Source of the DNA: Podarcis melisellensis
Taxonomy: Eukaryota
Length of the DNA: 64,000 nucleotides
Assembly (NCBI GenBank): GCA_964234715.1
Contig: OZ174276.1
Reading direction: 5' to 3' (one strand)
Below, in pieces: positions 13,011 to 25,482 of the stretch. The position numbers and the translations under genes were made by a program. Each line of letters starts with the position of its first letter. Position 1 is the first letter of the stretch. Below the pieces are notes generated by a model. The model made no database searches. It was not told the origin of the DNA and worked only from the letters and a program-made list of their open reading frames with translations.

Positions 13011-13696
13011 ATAACCACTGCCATGTCCTCTCAGGATCCAGTTTATAGAAATACTGATTTTATGTTTTATTCTGTATACATGAATGTAAGCTGTTGTGTA
13101 ATTTACTCTGTTTACTTTAACAAATGGAAAATTGGTTAAACAAACAAACAACAATATGTGATTTAGGTAGTTTCCAGGAAAGGAGGAAGTTTATAAATAA
13201 CTCCAACCTAGTGTTTCATTACTGAGCTGCCCTTTCCTCCTCCTCTCACTTAGTGGTCTAAAATAGAAAATACCCATTTTTCCTATTGTTACAGTGTAAC
13301 TTCCTGCAAATGAAGAAGAAGAATATTTGTAAGATTTCCCATGTTGCATTAATCTAGGCAGACACCGTGGGAGCTGTCTGGATAATGTGGTTCGTTGCAG
13401 TTCTAGTTCCAGACAGAAATGCAACACTCCCAAAAGAAATAACCACATTACCTAAAGTACTGTCATTGCTCCATGATCTATTCTAAACTAATGTGCTTGT
13501 TGTATATGTTACTACTGCAGTGCAGGTCTCTATGAAGAAATCACCTTTTAAAATATGTTTACAAGATGAGGCTTGTTTTATAGGTGCAATGTGGGGGGGC
13601 ATGCAAGGTTTAAATTTTAAAAGTGTCGATCCCATTTGATTATCCAGTTATTTAAGTACCTAAAGTTGGTCTTGGGGAAGCAGTAGTTTTATATAC

Positions 13697-14560
13697 TGTG
13701 AGAAAGAATTGTAAAATTAACCTTACGATTGGCTTATTGGGCAGAAACTCTGGGTTACTCACTGGACGGGAAAAGTGGGAAGTCTACATCATGCTAATCC
13801 AATTGGCTGAAGGCAAGGTGGCTGAGACATAAATAAGTCTATTCTACTACTGTTGAGTAACAGCAGAGACTGCTGACCAGAGGAGGAAGGCTTGCTAAGA
13901 AGAAAAATCTGATGGAGAAGCTGGATGTCTGGAAGCAGGTGGGAGACAGGCAGGAGGCTATTCAGGCTGGATATATATTATTCCCCCAAAGAGCTGAATC
14001 ACTGGCTTAAGATCCAGCAGTGAGGAAAATTCAGAAAGGAGCTTCTGGAGCTGCCCGGAGAATTGCCTTGGAAGCCTTTCTCAAATGAAGCCAGCTGAAG
14101 TCTGCAGTTCCTGGTGGTGAGATTGACTGGGGAAGAGGGACTAAGGGTAAATGGGAACGCAAGTTAAAACAGGTTAGAAACCAAGTTTTGTTGGTCAGCT
14201 GGTCATTTAAAGACACTCTAACCTTATTACAGCAGATGTACCATAAGTCTTGAAACAGTAACAACTTTAGTATTCATTTCATAGTTTATAATAAAGAATA
14301 TATTGATACTTTTAATTATAAAAGTGTGGCTAGCTGGTTTTTTACCATGTCTATAATACTGTTTCTAGTGGGATATGGTATTGGTAATGATACATCATAG
14401 ATATTAAGTGGCAGTAGTTAAGAAGGTGAATCAGTGGTACAGTTATAGATTAAAGCTTCATTGCAGCACGACAAGCCATATGGTGTTTTGAACTCCATGG
14501 CAGTGGCAAGGCTACCTGAATTGCACAGCAAATAGGCAAATTCTACGTGGTAGACAACAA
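13697..14560 (+). mobile_element. Possible solo LTR
   Basis: TG start, CCAAT boxes, cataaata TATA-like, later AATAAA and a CA end; no TSD confirmed. Confidence 0.25.
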
Positions 14561-16159
14561 GAGCGGGGTGTGTGTGTTCTAAATATATAATGTCTGAGAT
14601 GTTGAAACACTCCTGTCAATAGTAACTGATTTTAAGAACCTAAGGAGCTCTTCTGCATCAGACCTAAGGTCGGACAGCAATCAAACAGATGTCTCTAGGA
14701 AGTCCTCTAGCAGGGGGTTTTATATCGCAGTCAGACTGTAATGTGTAAAAAGCTGCATGAGTTCTCAACATGCAAACTTGGTAGTGGGCACCAGTAAATT
14801 ATCAACTGATAAGATCTTTTTCCTGCCTTTCAGCAAAAGCGTCTAAATTGAAGAACAATAATATTTAAAATTCAACCATTAACATTAACTTCAAACAAAA
14901 GCACATTTTGAAAAAGGCAAAACAACAAAGCAGCTGTAAAAGCAGAGAGATGGCAAGAATAAAAAGATTTCTTAAAACCTGGGAGAATAAATCATTTTCA
15001 GCAGAAACTGTATGTATGTCTGTTGGTTAGCAACAGAAGAGTGGCAGGATCTGTCCATCTGCGGTCATGGAGATTTAAACCATAAAGCATTCTATAAGAA
15101 TTTAGAAGTGAAATGTTTCTGTTTTCTTTCATGCTGAACGTGCTAAAGAGCAGCCGTGCCATGATGGTCTTGATCCTTTTATGAGAAGCCATTTATTACT
15201 ATTATGCATGCATTTGCTGGGGAGCGAGGAAAGTACCACAGCGCACATGCTCAGTTGTGGTGGTGGAATAGCAATGAACCAATCCGCAAAGCAACCAAGG
15301 AGGAACCACTGTGGCTAAACATGATCAGATATACGGTAACCATTTCACTGAGTATGAGTAACAGTGGTTGAATGTGTTTCTCCTTGATGCAGAATTTGCT
15401 GAAGCAACAACAGTCAAAAGCTGAATCCCCGCCCCCCCCCCATTACAATAAGATCTGTAGGGTCCACAGGTGGAGTCCCCAGTACTACCTTCCAGGCTAT
15501 ATATTCTCTCCCCCAAAAAGTGTTGTTTTGCCCCTGAAAAAAACTCAACAACTTTGGCTCCTGTACCTCTTTTTCTGGAAAAAAAGCACTGCACCCAACT
15601 ATCTTAATGTTCTTAAATGACAGAATCACCCACTAGGTGGAGGTATAGCTTAATCACTCCCAATATATAGGCAGTCTACTGCTGCTTGTGTGTTTTGAGA
15701 TAGCAGTTGATCCTGTGTCAAAGCTTCCGTAGAAATGAAAACGGCAGTAGTGATTTCCCTGTGAAGTCTCCAACCCACGCACCCAGGGTTTGCGCCTTAG
15801 TTAATTCATCACTCCTCTCAGCTGACATTTGTTTGGAAAATGTGAGGTCATGCTGCTGTGGTCTGGGAAGTCAAATAGGCTCATAGAGAGAGGAAAAGGG
15901 GAATCCCAGCAGGACTTTGTGATTTCTAAGCAAATGACCCATGACTACAGACACAGTTCCTCCGGACAGCATGTCAGCTGAGCACTTATGACGGAATGAG
16001 AGGTTGTACAAGACTACATTTCTTCTTTTGAGTATTCAAGAAGATGATTATAGAATGCCAATTGTATAATTGGTATTCAACATTCCAATGATGTGTGTGC
16101 ATGTATCTCCTAACCCTGAGGATCATTGTTTGAAACATGCCTGCATAACCACTAGTTTT

Positions 16160-16340
16160 ATGTAGTAGTAGTAGTAATACTACTAATAATAATAATTTTA
16201 TACCCCGCCCATCTGGCTGGGTTTCCTCAGCCACTCTGGGCGACTTCCAATTGAATATTAAAAACAATACTGCGTCAGACATTAAAAACTTCCCTAAACA
16301 GTTGTTTTTTAAAAGTAAAATAGTTGTTTATTGCCTTGAC
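16160..16340 (-). mobile_element. L2 3' end
   Basis: Reverse complement of the same L2 tail as at 12.9 kb. Confidence 0.75.
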
Positions 16341-17677
16341 ATCTGCCTTGACATATGTCCCTGTGGTCATGGATGCTTCTATGCAGGGGGGGAAACTACA
16401 CGGCCTCCACCTGTCCTGGTCCTCTTCGCCCCTACCTTTTACCAAATTGCATCTTTTACTTGTTTAGATTTGCAGCTCCAAGCTGAGAGCATCACAATTT
16501 CTTATGACAAGCAGAAAAGCACCGCAAAACTCATCAAATGCCAAAAAATGGGAGGGAAATCTAAACGTAAAGCCCTTTTTGAGATTCAGAGCCCAGGCCA
16601 AATGACCCTCCTGCCACCTGCCTCTGAATAGTACTGATCTCACATGAGAAAAGGCTGAGTTTCAGCATCGCAATAGCTCATCGGTGTAAGATATCTTTTC
16701 AAAGGGCTTTCATGCTAATCGCTTTCATCCTTCTAGAGGTAGAAGAAATAGACCTTGGAAAGGGTTTCAGGGTTAGTTGCCACATCCCAAGGCTGTAAAC
16801 GGAGCAAGGAGGTGTTGCCAGAGTTAGCTGCTGTATCTAAAAATAGCAAAGCTAAATGAGAACAAAGATTCACCCTGCCTACACCCAGTACATTTAAAAC
16901 ACATTAGAAACACATTATTTCCCTCAAGTAATTCTGTATCTGCAGTTTGTTAAGGGTTGCTGAAAACCGTAGCTCCGTGAGAGGTAAACTCGAGCGACCA
17001 GAACACTTGGAAGGCAAAATATGCTTCAAATGCGCTTTAAAGCTACTTATAATGAACAAGGCCTTCTTAATATGCTTGGCGTCTTTTGGAAATCTCTAAT
17101 CGTTCCTGCCAGTTTCAAAGATGTCAGATATGCAGCAACCACAGGAGAGTTGCAATAAATAATGTCTTCTTTAAATATTTCAGTTCTAAGCTGCTGGGTC
17201 TACTGATGGAAAGAAAATGTTGAAACCCACAACCGCATGTGATCTCCATTATAGATTAAAATATTTTGAAATACTTCAAGGGTAAGCACCCCTATTGAGA
17301 AAACGACATTAAAATGGCAGTCATCTGGAGTTCCTATAGCAAGGGATACTCAAAGCCATAGTACACAGTGCCACAACACTATTTGCATTTGCTGTTTGCA
17401 GTTTTGTGTTTTTTATATTGTAGCTTTATGTTGAGATCTGCAGATGAAGGGCGGCATGCAAATTTAATAAACAATACTAAGTGAGAGCAGCTATGTGGGA
17501 AGAGTTGCGTTCTTACAGCGCAGTGCTTAGGCATGTCTACTCAGAAGTAAGTAATTGACTCAGACAGGGAAATATTTCCTTATGGCCAATTAGTGCATTA
17601 ATATCAGAGGTGAGATTAGAACAGAGGACTTTGGGTTATTGTTCTGTCGGCCACTATGCTACTCTGCTTTTATGATG

Positions 17678-17826
17678 TAGAATCATAGCATTGAAGAGTT
17701 GGAAGGGTACCACAAGGGCCATCTAGTCCAACCCCCTGCAATGCAGGAATCTTTTGCCCAATGTGGGGCTTGAACCCACGTCCCTGAGATTAAGAGCCTC
17801 ATGCTCTACCAACGGAGCTATCCCAG
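17678..17826 (-). mobile_element. tRNA-Lys(CUU)-derived SINE with CR1 3' tail (P.s.1/polIII-SINE type)
   Basis: Minus strand: ggatagctccgttggtagagcatgaggctcttaatctcagggacgtgggttcaagccccacattgggca, then attcctgcattgcagggggttggactagatg...ccttccaactc...tatgattct. Confidence 0.8.
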
Positions 17827-18228
17827 TTCCATTCTCAGAGCTGCATTTCTGTTGCAAACAGAGAGTTCCCACTCTAGAGACTGTTAAGTGCACCCCACTT
17901 CCCTGAGCAGGAAGTAATTCCAGAGGCAATGCTTCAGGCTCAAGTTTCCTTTGATGCGAGAGCACAGAAGGCATAGGGTGTCCTCCGTAATATTTGCTTT
18001 ATTGATAAATACACACAGCATAAGCAGAGGCAAACAAACTCCTAAGCAAGGTTACAAAACCCTGGCTCTGCATCAGATTTCCAGCAAACAGCTGAATCCC
18101 ATGGGTGGCTTAACATAGCCAACTCCACTTCAAACCAATAAATCCTTTTCTCTGTCTCTCTCCCACACTTCAATGCCTGTAGAATTCCAAAGACGGCAGG
18201 AAATTAAGGGCTGTTAAGTCCCTAATCA

Positions 18229-18581
18229 GGGATGCGGGTGGCGCTGTGGGTTAAACCACAGAGCCTAGGACTTGCCGATCAGAAGGTTGGCGGTTTGAAT
18301 CCCTGTGACGGGGTGAGCTCCCGTTGCTCGGTCCCTGCTCCTGCCAACCTAGCAGTTCGAAAGCACGTCAAAGTGCAAGTAGATAAATAGGTACCACTCT
18401 TGCGGGAAGGTAAACGGTGTTTCTGTGCGCTGCTCTGGTTTGCCAGAAGCGGCTTAGTCATGCTGGCCACATGACCCGGAAGCTGTACGCCGGCTCCCTC
18501 GGCGAATAAAGTGAGATGAGCATCGTAACCCCAGAGTCGGTTACGACTGGACCTAATGGTCAGGGGTCCCTTTACCTTTAC
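18229..18581 (+). mobile_element. Sauria SINE, full length
   Basis: gggatgcgggtggcgctgtgggttaaaccacagagcc head, internal aagtagataaataggtacc, (ACCTTT)n tail. Confidence 0.9.
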
Positions 18582-20209
18582 CCCTGGGCCCAAATTTATG
18601 AGAGGGCACAATGAAGTGCCCCCACAGCAGGCTCCATCATCTAGACCGGGGCCATGGGGAGGCAGGCAGTGTCCAGGTAGGGCTTTGGCAGCAGTGGCAG
18701 GAGCAACACCTTCTCATGACCGATGAATGGATGCTGGCATGTGCCCTGCTGCTGGGCCAGCCAGGAGGGAGAGGGCACTGCCACTGCTGCCACCCGTCAA
18801 AAAAGGAGGGAGGAAAGCACCTGCAGGGACAGGAGGGTGAGGCGACACAGCAGTGCTCCTGGCTTTGTGTTTCTCTGCCTTATCTCTGCTCCTAGGTTGG
18901 GGCCAGTTTGCAAGGAGACACTCCCTTGATTAGACACTGCCCAGCGAAGGGACTGACTGTTCACCAGTCCAATACTTGTCCTGCCCTGCGCTCCGGCAAC
19001 CCACGCTATGCCCCTGGAACTCATTGACTGAGTAGGGATTTAAGGGGCCAGGTGGATTGATAGCAAAACCACTCGGCAATGTTCCTCAGCTATCTGCTCG
19101 CCCTAAAATAGTGTTAACATTTTGCAGTAGTTTAATGAAATCCAGTGAACCGCTTCTTAAACAACAGTGAAACACTGCCAGTTAAAATTACACGCCGGTC
19201 AGGCTGGTTTACCCAGATACTGTTCGATAACATTGGCACAAATAAGCATTGAGTGTTGCTGACTTCCTCTTTGCATTCTTTATTTGCTTCAGCTTTTGTA
19301 TTCTTTGCCGACCATATTACCAGTTAAATCTCAGTCTCACTTTCCCAGCTACACTCATCATGCCTTTATTATGTAGCTAGGTATGTAAAGGGCCCAGAAA
19401 ACACCACCCTTAAAGATAACTCAGAGGGCATCTTGCAGGTAGCCACAGATTGTGTGCTTTGCATCGCTACCGTTCCCTATCAAAGTATTCCACGTATTTT
19501 GTTGGTATGGTTAGCAAGCATCCTAAAAGCTACCCCGTGGCTCACATTCCACCCACCTTTCATACCTCAGGTCTGTATCATTCCCCTCCACCCTGCATGC
19601 CACATTGGAATTCCTGAATGAGATCCCAGAATGCAGCTCACCCCCACACTTGTGAAATGCCGAATTGTTTTGGATGGTAGCGGTGGCTTTAATGCAGGTA
19701 CATTGGCCCTTCCCCTTCAGATAAGGGAAGCTGTTCCATTCAGTGGCGTAGCATGGGTTGCCAGCACCTGGGGTTTGGTCCCTGGCCCCTCCAGTTATGA
19801 GGATCAAGAAGCAAATGATGGGGAATAACTCTTCCTGAGATGCTGGGGAGCTATTGCCAGTCAGAATAGGCAATGCTGGTCTAGACGGGCAAATAATCTC
19901 ACCTGCTATTAGTTGGCTTCCTGTGTACAATGTCCCATGCATAGTCCAGCATCCCCGTCCTTGATGGCATTGCTCTCTTCCTACATATCAGTGGTGGGGA
20001 ACCACTGACCCTCTGGATATTGCTGAGTTACAACTCTCCCCGACTTTGTATGGGGGCTGCCCTACTTGACCAATAAACAGGCAGGGCCGCCTTAAGCATA
20101 TCCAGTGCTGTGGTGCAAAGCTTCTTCTGCCGCCCCCCCCCCCCCGCTTCCCAGAGTTTTTTAGGGAGAGAGATAAAACTTTTTTCGCATTAGCCAATGG
20201 CCATAGCAA

Positions 20210-20770
20210 CAGTAAAACATTACAGTATATGCAGAAAAGGAAATTTGATATAAAAGCACAATTTAAAGTCCTGAATCAGCAGTCAGTTAGTTGCCCTTAT
20301 TCTGATTGCCCCTGCTATGAACCTAGCAACATTTGCTGTTATCTGCTCATTTTGATGTGATAGAAGAAAGGACATTGTGGCAGTGGTTGAGCGCCCTGGG
20401 ATGGTTAGTACGAGTGGGGTGATGATCTCATTCCTCAGGTCTTTGTAGAGAGTAAAGGACAGGAGGACATGTGCCGATGTTTTGGTGCTACCATCTCCAC
20501 AGGGGCAAAGACGTTTCTCAGGCGGGATCTTTCAGAATCGACCCTCAAGTACCGCAGATGGCAAAACACCCAGTCTTGCAAGTGTAAAAGCACATCTGTA
20601 TTTTGGGATACTAAGTTTGTGCAGATATGGAGCCAGAGAATCAAAATGGAGAGGTGGAAACTGGACATACCAAGGGCAGAATTTCCTTATAGTGGCCAGG
20701 CTGTTCTGATGCTCAGTATCTTTTAGACGTTGACCAATTAGACTGTTTGCTTTATTGAGGCCCATAGTGA
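20210..20770 (-). mobile_element. Non-LTR retrotransposon 3' fragment (RTEX-like)
   Basis: Minus-strand YLHKLSIPKYRCAFTLARLGVLPSAVLEGRF*...RLCPCGDG...AHVLL, a degenerate C-terminal zinc-knuckle region. Confidence 0.55.
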
Positions 20771-21097
20771 GTAGGTGTTGTGGGGATAGGCCACAGGAGT
20801 GCTGCTGGCGGGACTGGAGGAGGCGGGCAGTGGCTGGAGGGCGGATCCTCCAGCTGGGAAAAGGCAGAGGCTGGATGCAGTGCCTTTTGGCTCAGCTGGC
20901 CACTTCATGCCGCTGTGGCAATGGCAGACGGAGGCTCTGGGCACGGGGCTGCTTCGGTGCGGCATGGCAGAGGCAGGCGAGGGCGGCGAGCTGACGCTGG
21001 GAGGCACCACGTCCAGCCTCTGCCTTTTCCCTGGTGCCCTCCAGAGCTTGGCACCCTGGTGCCCCACGTCACTAGCCTCTATGAGTAAGACGCCCCT

Positions 21098-21380
21098 GTA
21101 AAGGGTAAAAGTAAAGGGACCCCTGACCATTAGGTCCAGTCGTGGCCAACTCGGGTTGCGGTGCTCATCTCGCTTTACTGGCCGAGGAGCCGGCGTTTGT
21201 CCACAGACAGCTTCTGGGTCATGTGGCCAGCATGACTAAGCCACTTCTGGCGAACCAGAGCAGCGCACGGAAATGCCGTTTACCTTCCCGCTGGAGCGGT
21301 ACCTATTTATCTACTTGCACTTTGACGTGCTTTCGAACTGCTAGGCTGGCAGGAGCTGGAACCGAGCAATGGGAGCTCAC
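21098..21380 (-). mobile_element. Sauria SINE, 5'-truncated
   Basis: Reverse complement of the 18229-18581 element, lacking the tRNA head. Confidence 0.85.
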
Positions 21381-21945
21381 TTCCCTTTTTTGAGAGGAAA
21401 GGTGGACAGCCAGTGACAACAAAGCCAAGGGATTCCAAGGGCTGACTCTAGGCCCTAGTGGGTGCCTAGCATTACTGACCGCTGATGCCAGCCCTGCAGG
21501 TAGGAAGGTGCAGCTTACCCAGCAGGTTTAGGAAAAGATGCATGCAGCAAAATTCTATCTTCCACACAACAGCTGTTAATATACTGCTTTCATTCCAGAA
21601 TGGTTTCTAAGCAGTTTGCAAGCATAAAAGCAATTGTAGAATCGATACACAGCAAAACAACCTCACCAAAACATTAAATGCATTCATATTTAAATTTTAC
21701 AATAAAACAAACCCATAAAAACCAACACTTAAAAAAGTTGGTTCAGGATGGTGAGGGGAATGCTTGCGTAAACAGGTGCATGTTCAAGGTACGAAAATAA
21801 GCTAGCTCGGTGTTTCCAAATAGTCTTCAAAAGGTAGAGAGAATATATACTAGCTCTGCCTTACTTTGGGGCAGGTCACCCTACCTATAATGATTTCTGG
21901 CATGCTCTCTCCCCAGGGAGGCTTGCCTGGCGCATTCATTACATA

Positions 21946-22154
21946 AAGTGGTACCTTGGGTTACAGACGCTTCAGGTTACAGACTCCGCTAACCCAGAAA
22001 TAGTACCTTGGGTTAAGAACTTTGCTTCAGGATGAGAACAGAAATTGCGCAGCAGGAGGCCCCATTAGCTAAAGTGGTACCTCAGGTTAAGAACAGTTTC
22101 AGGTTAAGAACGGACCTCCAGGACAAATTAAGATCTTAACCCGAGGTACCACTG
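21946..22154. mobile_element. Tigger-like MITE
   Basis: TIRs (c/a)agtggtacct(c/t)gggtta ... taacccgaggtaccactg, TA TSD. Confidence 0.85.
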
Positions 22155-22384
22155 TATCTTTAGGTGCCAAGCGTAAGCATTTCTCTTTTCCCAGGCCTTT
22201 GGCTAATTAAATTATCTTGTCCTTTTTAACTGTATGTGGGGGGTATTGCTTTTCTTTCTTATTTTGGCATGTATTTTTATGTTTTTATATCGTAAAGTGC
22301 CCTGTGATCCTGGATGATGGGTGGCACAGAGAATGAACTGATTAATAAATAACAACAACAACAAACAACAACAACAATATATAC

Positions 22385-22640
22385 AGCTTGGGACCAGGAT
22401 ACCTGAAAGATTGTCTCATCCCTTATATTCCCCCTCAACCACTGCGCTCTACAGGTGAGGGCCTCCTGAAGAAACTATCTTACTGGAAGGTCAATTCTGC
22501 ACAATGCCTTGAGGCACCTGTTCTGCCCTGTGGAATCACCTTCCCACGTACATCTGCTTGCTGCAGACCTTCCTCTTCCAACAAGCCTTTCCAACTGAGA
22601 ATCGTTCCCAGTCTGTGCCTGGGACCGTTTTAATTTTAGT
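22385..22640 (+). mobile_element. Old L2 fragment
   Basis: LGPGYLKDCLIPYIPPQPLRS motif typical of the L2 ORF2 C-terminus. Confidence 0.55.
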
Positions 22641-22669
22641 TTAATAGTTTTATCACTGTTGGAGATGCA

Positions 22670-23300
22670 GTAGGGATAATGCTTCTCTACTGAAAGATTT
22701 TTGGCAGAAGATAACTGAAACTATTAACAGAACTCTGTGGAACAACCTTACATTTACAGAGCAAAATATCCTATTGAATTACAGTACGTATATACCCAGC
22801 ACATGGAACCTTACAAAAGGACAATACAGGTGGACTCTCCGTGCCCTTATCTCAGCAAAAAGACTGATCCTGATGAACTGGAAAAATCAAAACGTGGCTC
22901 CCTTCTACGATTGGATTGAAGTCTTATACAAACTTGCAATGTATGAACAACTTGCATAAGCGCAGACTTGCCATGGGCAAATTCAATTACAGTCTTATCT
23001 CGGGTTAAGTACTTAATTCGATCCGGAGGTCTGTTCTTAACCTGAAAATGTTCTGAACCTGAAGCACCACTTTAGCTAATGGGGCCTCCTGCTGCTGCCG
23101 CGCCGCCGGAGCACGATTTCTGTTCTCATCCTGAAGCAAAGTTCTTAACCCGAGGTACTATTTCTGGGTTAGCGGAGTCTGTAACCTGAAGCGTATGTAA
23201 CCTAAAACATATGTAACCCGAGGTACCACCGTATATTTGGAATCCATTCTTACAAATACTGTAATAGGTTAAGGTCTGGTGAAATACAGTAAGAACCATG
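22670..23300 (+). mobile_element. L1-clade ORF2 C-terminal fragment interrupted by a MITE
   Basis: RALISAKRLILMNWK...FYDWIEVLYKLAMYEQLA resembles the L1/Tx1 ORF2 end. Confidence 0.55.
22990..23231. mobile_element. Tigger-like MITE, inverted relative to 21946-22154
   Basis: Same internal sequence in reverse orientation, TA TSD. Confidence 0.85.
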
Positions 23301-23559
23301 TAAAGTATACATTTTGGGGGATTTCCCCCTTCTCCCTTTATTTTTCCTTTCTACAAGGGTTCCGTTTCTCTTTCTCCTTTTCTTTACGTCTCACTATGTT
23401 ATGTTCAGTGCGCATATAATTATGCACTTTTTGACCTTTCTGGACAGAAATTTAAATTTGTTGTTTTGTCACTTGCTTGTCGCCTTGGGCAACTTTGGGA
23501 AGGTTCTCTACACCTCACCAATCCACAAATAAAACGCACACCTCCTCCTCCGGGGGAAG

Positions 23560-24600
23560 CAAATCCCACCAAGTCCAGAGTGTACAGAGAAACGACGGCA
23601 CCCCCCCCACCCCACCCCACCCCTACCGAGAGAAAAGCAGGGGACTTTTTCGGGGGGTTGCTAAGGCGGGCGGGGGTGGCAGCAACAAGTGAAAAGCGCA
23701 AGGGAAAGTGCGCGCTCGCGCCCAGCTGGCTGCCTGTGGGGCCCCCGGAGTCCTTCCTTTCCTGTTGACTCCGACAGAGCCGCTTGTGGCTGAGCCCGGC
23801 CCCTTCCCCTGTCCCCCCCCCTCCGCCTCTCACACTTTCCCCCGTTTCCATCACATGACGAGCAGCTGGGAGGAGGGGGGGGGGAAATGAGCCGAGTTCT
23901 GGCGAAGTGACGCGAGAGGCGGGTCCCGCCAGTATAAGACGCCCCGCCGACGCGGCGCTCCGCTCACTGCTGCCAAGTTGGGAAGCGCGCGCTGCTGTTT
24001 GTTGGCTCGACGGCCCTTGGGGACGAGGAAGTCGTTGGACGGTAAGAGAAGCAACACCACCTCCCACCCAAAAAAACCCCCCAATGCAAACGACGAGAAG
24101 TTTCTCTTTTACCTGAGGGAGTGGAGCCTTTGCTCTGCGGGCGGGAAGCGCTTTTACGCGGAGAGGGAGAAACGCGGACTTGTGTGAGGGGCCTGAGGTG
24201 GCGCCTCAGGGTGGCTCAAAAACGGCCTTCTTTCCAAAAGTTCGACAACTTTGGGCGAAACTCTTTTTTAAAAAATGCAGCTCAACAACTTTGCCCCCCA
24301 AACCGAAAAAAGCTCAGAAACTTTCCTGTCACTGTTGGGAATATGGCAACCCTCCGGGTCTGGAGTTTCCTTCCTCCCCTCGCCACGCCTTGAAATCTGG
24401 CTTTGCCTGGGGAGGAAGGCAAGCTTGGGAGAGAGTTGCGTTTGCCCGCCGTCAGCCTTCGGCAGAAGCTGTTGCGGAAACTGCGAAGTTTTTTGCGGCT
24501 AAGGGAAAGGGTGGGCTGCTGCACATCGCCTGAAGAAAGGGTCCCTTTCCTCTTCCCCTTCCCCTCGCCATAACGACGAGTATAGAGTTGGCCTTGTGTG
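23560..24600 (+). promoter_or_regulatory. CD63 CpG-island promoter
   Basis: CpG-dense with GC boxes; M-box/CLEAR-like TCACATGAC 23851-23859; TATAAG 23933-23938; Inr-like tcAct at ~23966. Confidence 0.8.
23966..24041 (+). other. CD63: CD63 non-coding exon 1 (putative)
   Basis: Starts ~33 nt after the TATA-like box; donor ACG|gtaaga at 24042. Confidence 0.65.
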
Positions 24601-24739
24601 TGTACTGCTGTTAAGGTTGCCATGTGACTGGCTGAGGGGGAGAAGAACGGGGCGGACTCCGGGGGTGGGGGGGGTGGGCAGCTGCCCCCACCTAAATCAA
24701 GTAAAAAAAATAAATGCTTAACTAAAAGTAGAAGAAGGG

Positions 24740-24841
24740 GAGTTTTTAATGTCTGTTTTATCGTGTTTTTAATACTCTGTTGGGAGCCGCCCAGAGTGGC
24801 TGGGGAAACCAAGCCAGATGGGTGGGGGTATAAATAATAAA

Positions 24842-24895
<54 letters not shown>
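24740..24895 (+). mobile_element. L2 3' end with expanded (ATT)n tail
   Basis: gggagccgcccagagtggctggggaaacc...tataaataataaaa(tta)n. Confidence 0.8.
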
Positions 24896-25416
24896 GAAAT
24901 TGTAGAAAGATTTTTGACGGGTTTTTCTGAGCGCGTGGGGTCAGAAGAAAGTAATTTTAGCTTTCGAATCTGCTAGGGAAAGGTTGATGACAAGTGGGTG
25001 TCCTGCCTCCCCCCCCCAAAAAAAAATCCTGGCTACCTGCCTCCCCCCCCCTAAATCCTGGCTACGCCCATGGGGTGGAGGGAACTGGGGCAGAGAAAGA
25101 AGGAAGGCCAGGCACAGTCCTGCTTCCTTTTAACAGTCTATTTCTAGGCTGATGGACTTGTGAAGGACTTTCCCTCCCTGGAGGGAGTTGTGTTTACAAT
25201 GACTGGGATCGTATCCGCTTTCTTCTCCCACGCACCCCGTTCAAGGCTGACTCCTCCAAGCTTCCTGCTTTTCTCTGCCCCCCCCCCCCGCAACTTCCCT
25301 TATGTTTATAATCCCCACCTCCTCCTCTCTGATATGTAGCTTCTGTGTCATTTATGCTGCCTAAGTCTGTTGGTTCTGACTTTCTTTTTTAAACTTTGCA
25401 GGGACAGATACGCAAA

Positions 25417-25482
25417 ATGGGGGTCGACGGTGGTATGAAATGTGTTAAATTCCTGGTTTTTTTCTTCAACTTCATTTTCTGG
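25417..25482 (+). CDS. CD63: CD63 coding exon 1 (exon starts at 25402)
   Basis: MGVDGGMKCVKFLVFFFNFIFW; acceptor tttgcag, donor gtaagt. Confidence 0.95.

Noticed and set aside
17756-17826. tRNA-Lys gene
   Set aside because: Mismatched stems and direct fusion to a CR1 tail identify it as a SINE head
23420-24812. Long ORFs (215 aa, 176 aa) at the CD63 promoter
   Set aside because: By-product of the GC-rich CpG island; low-complexity, no family resemblance
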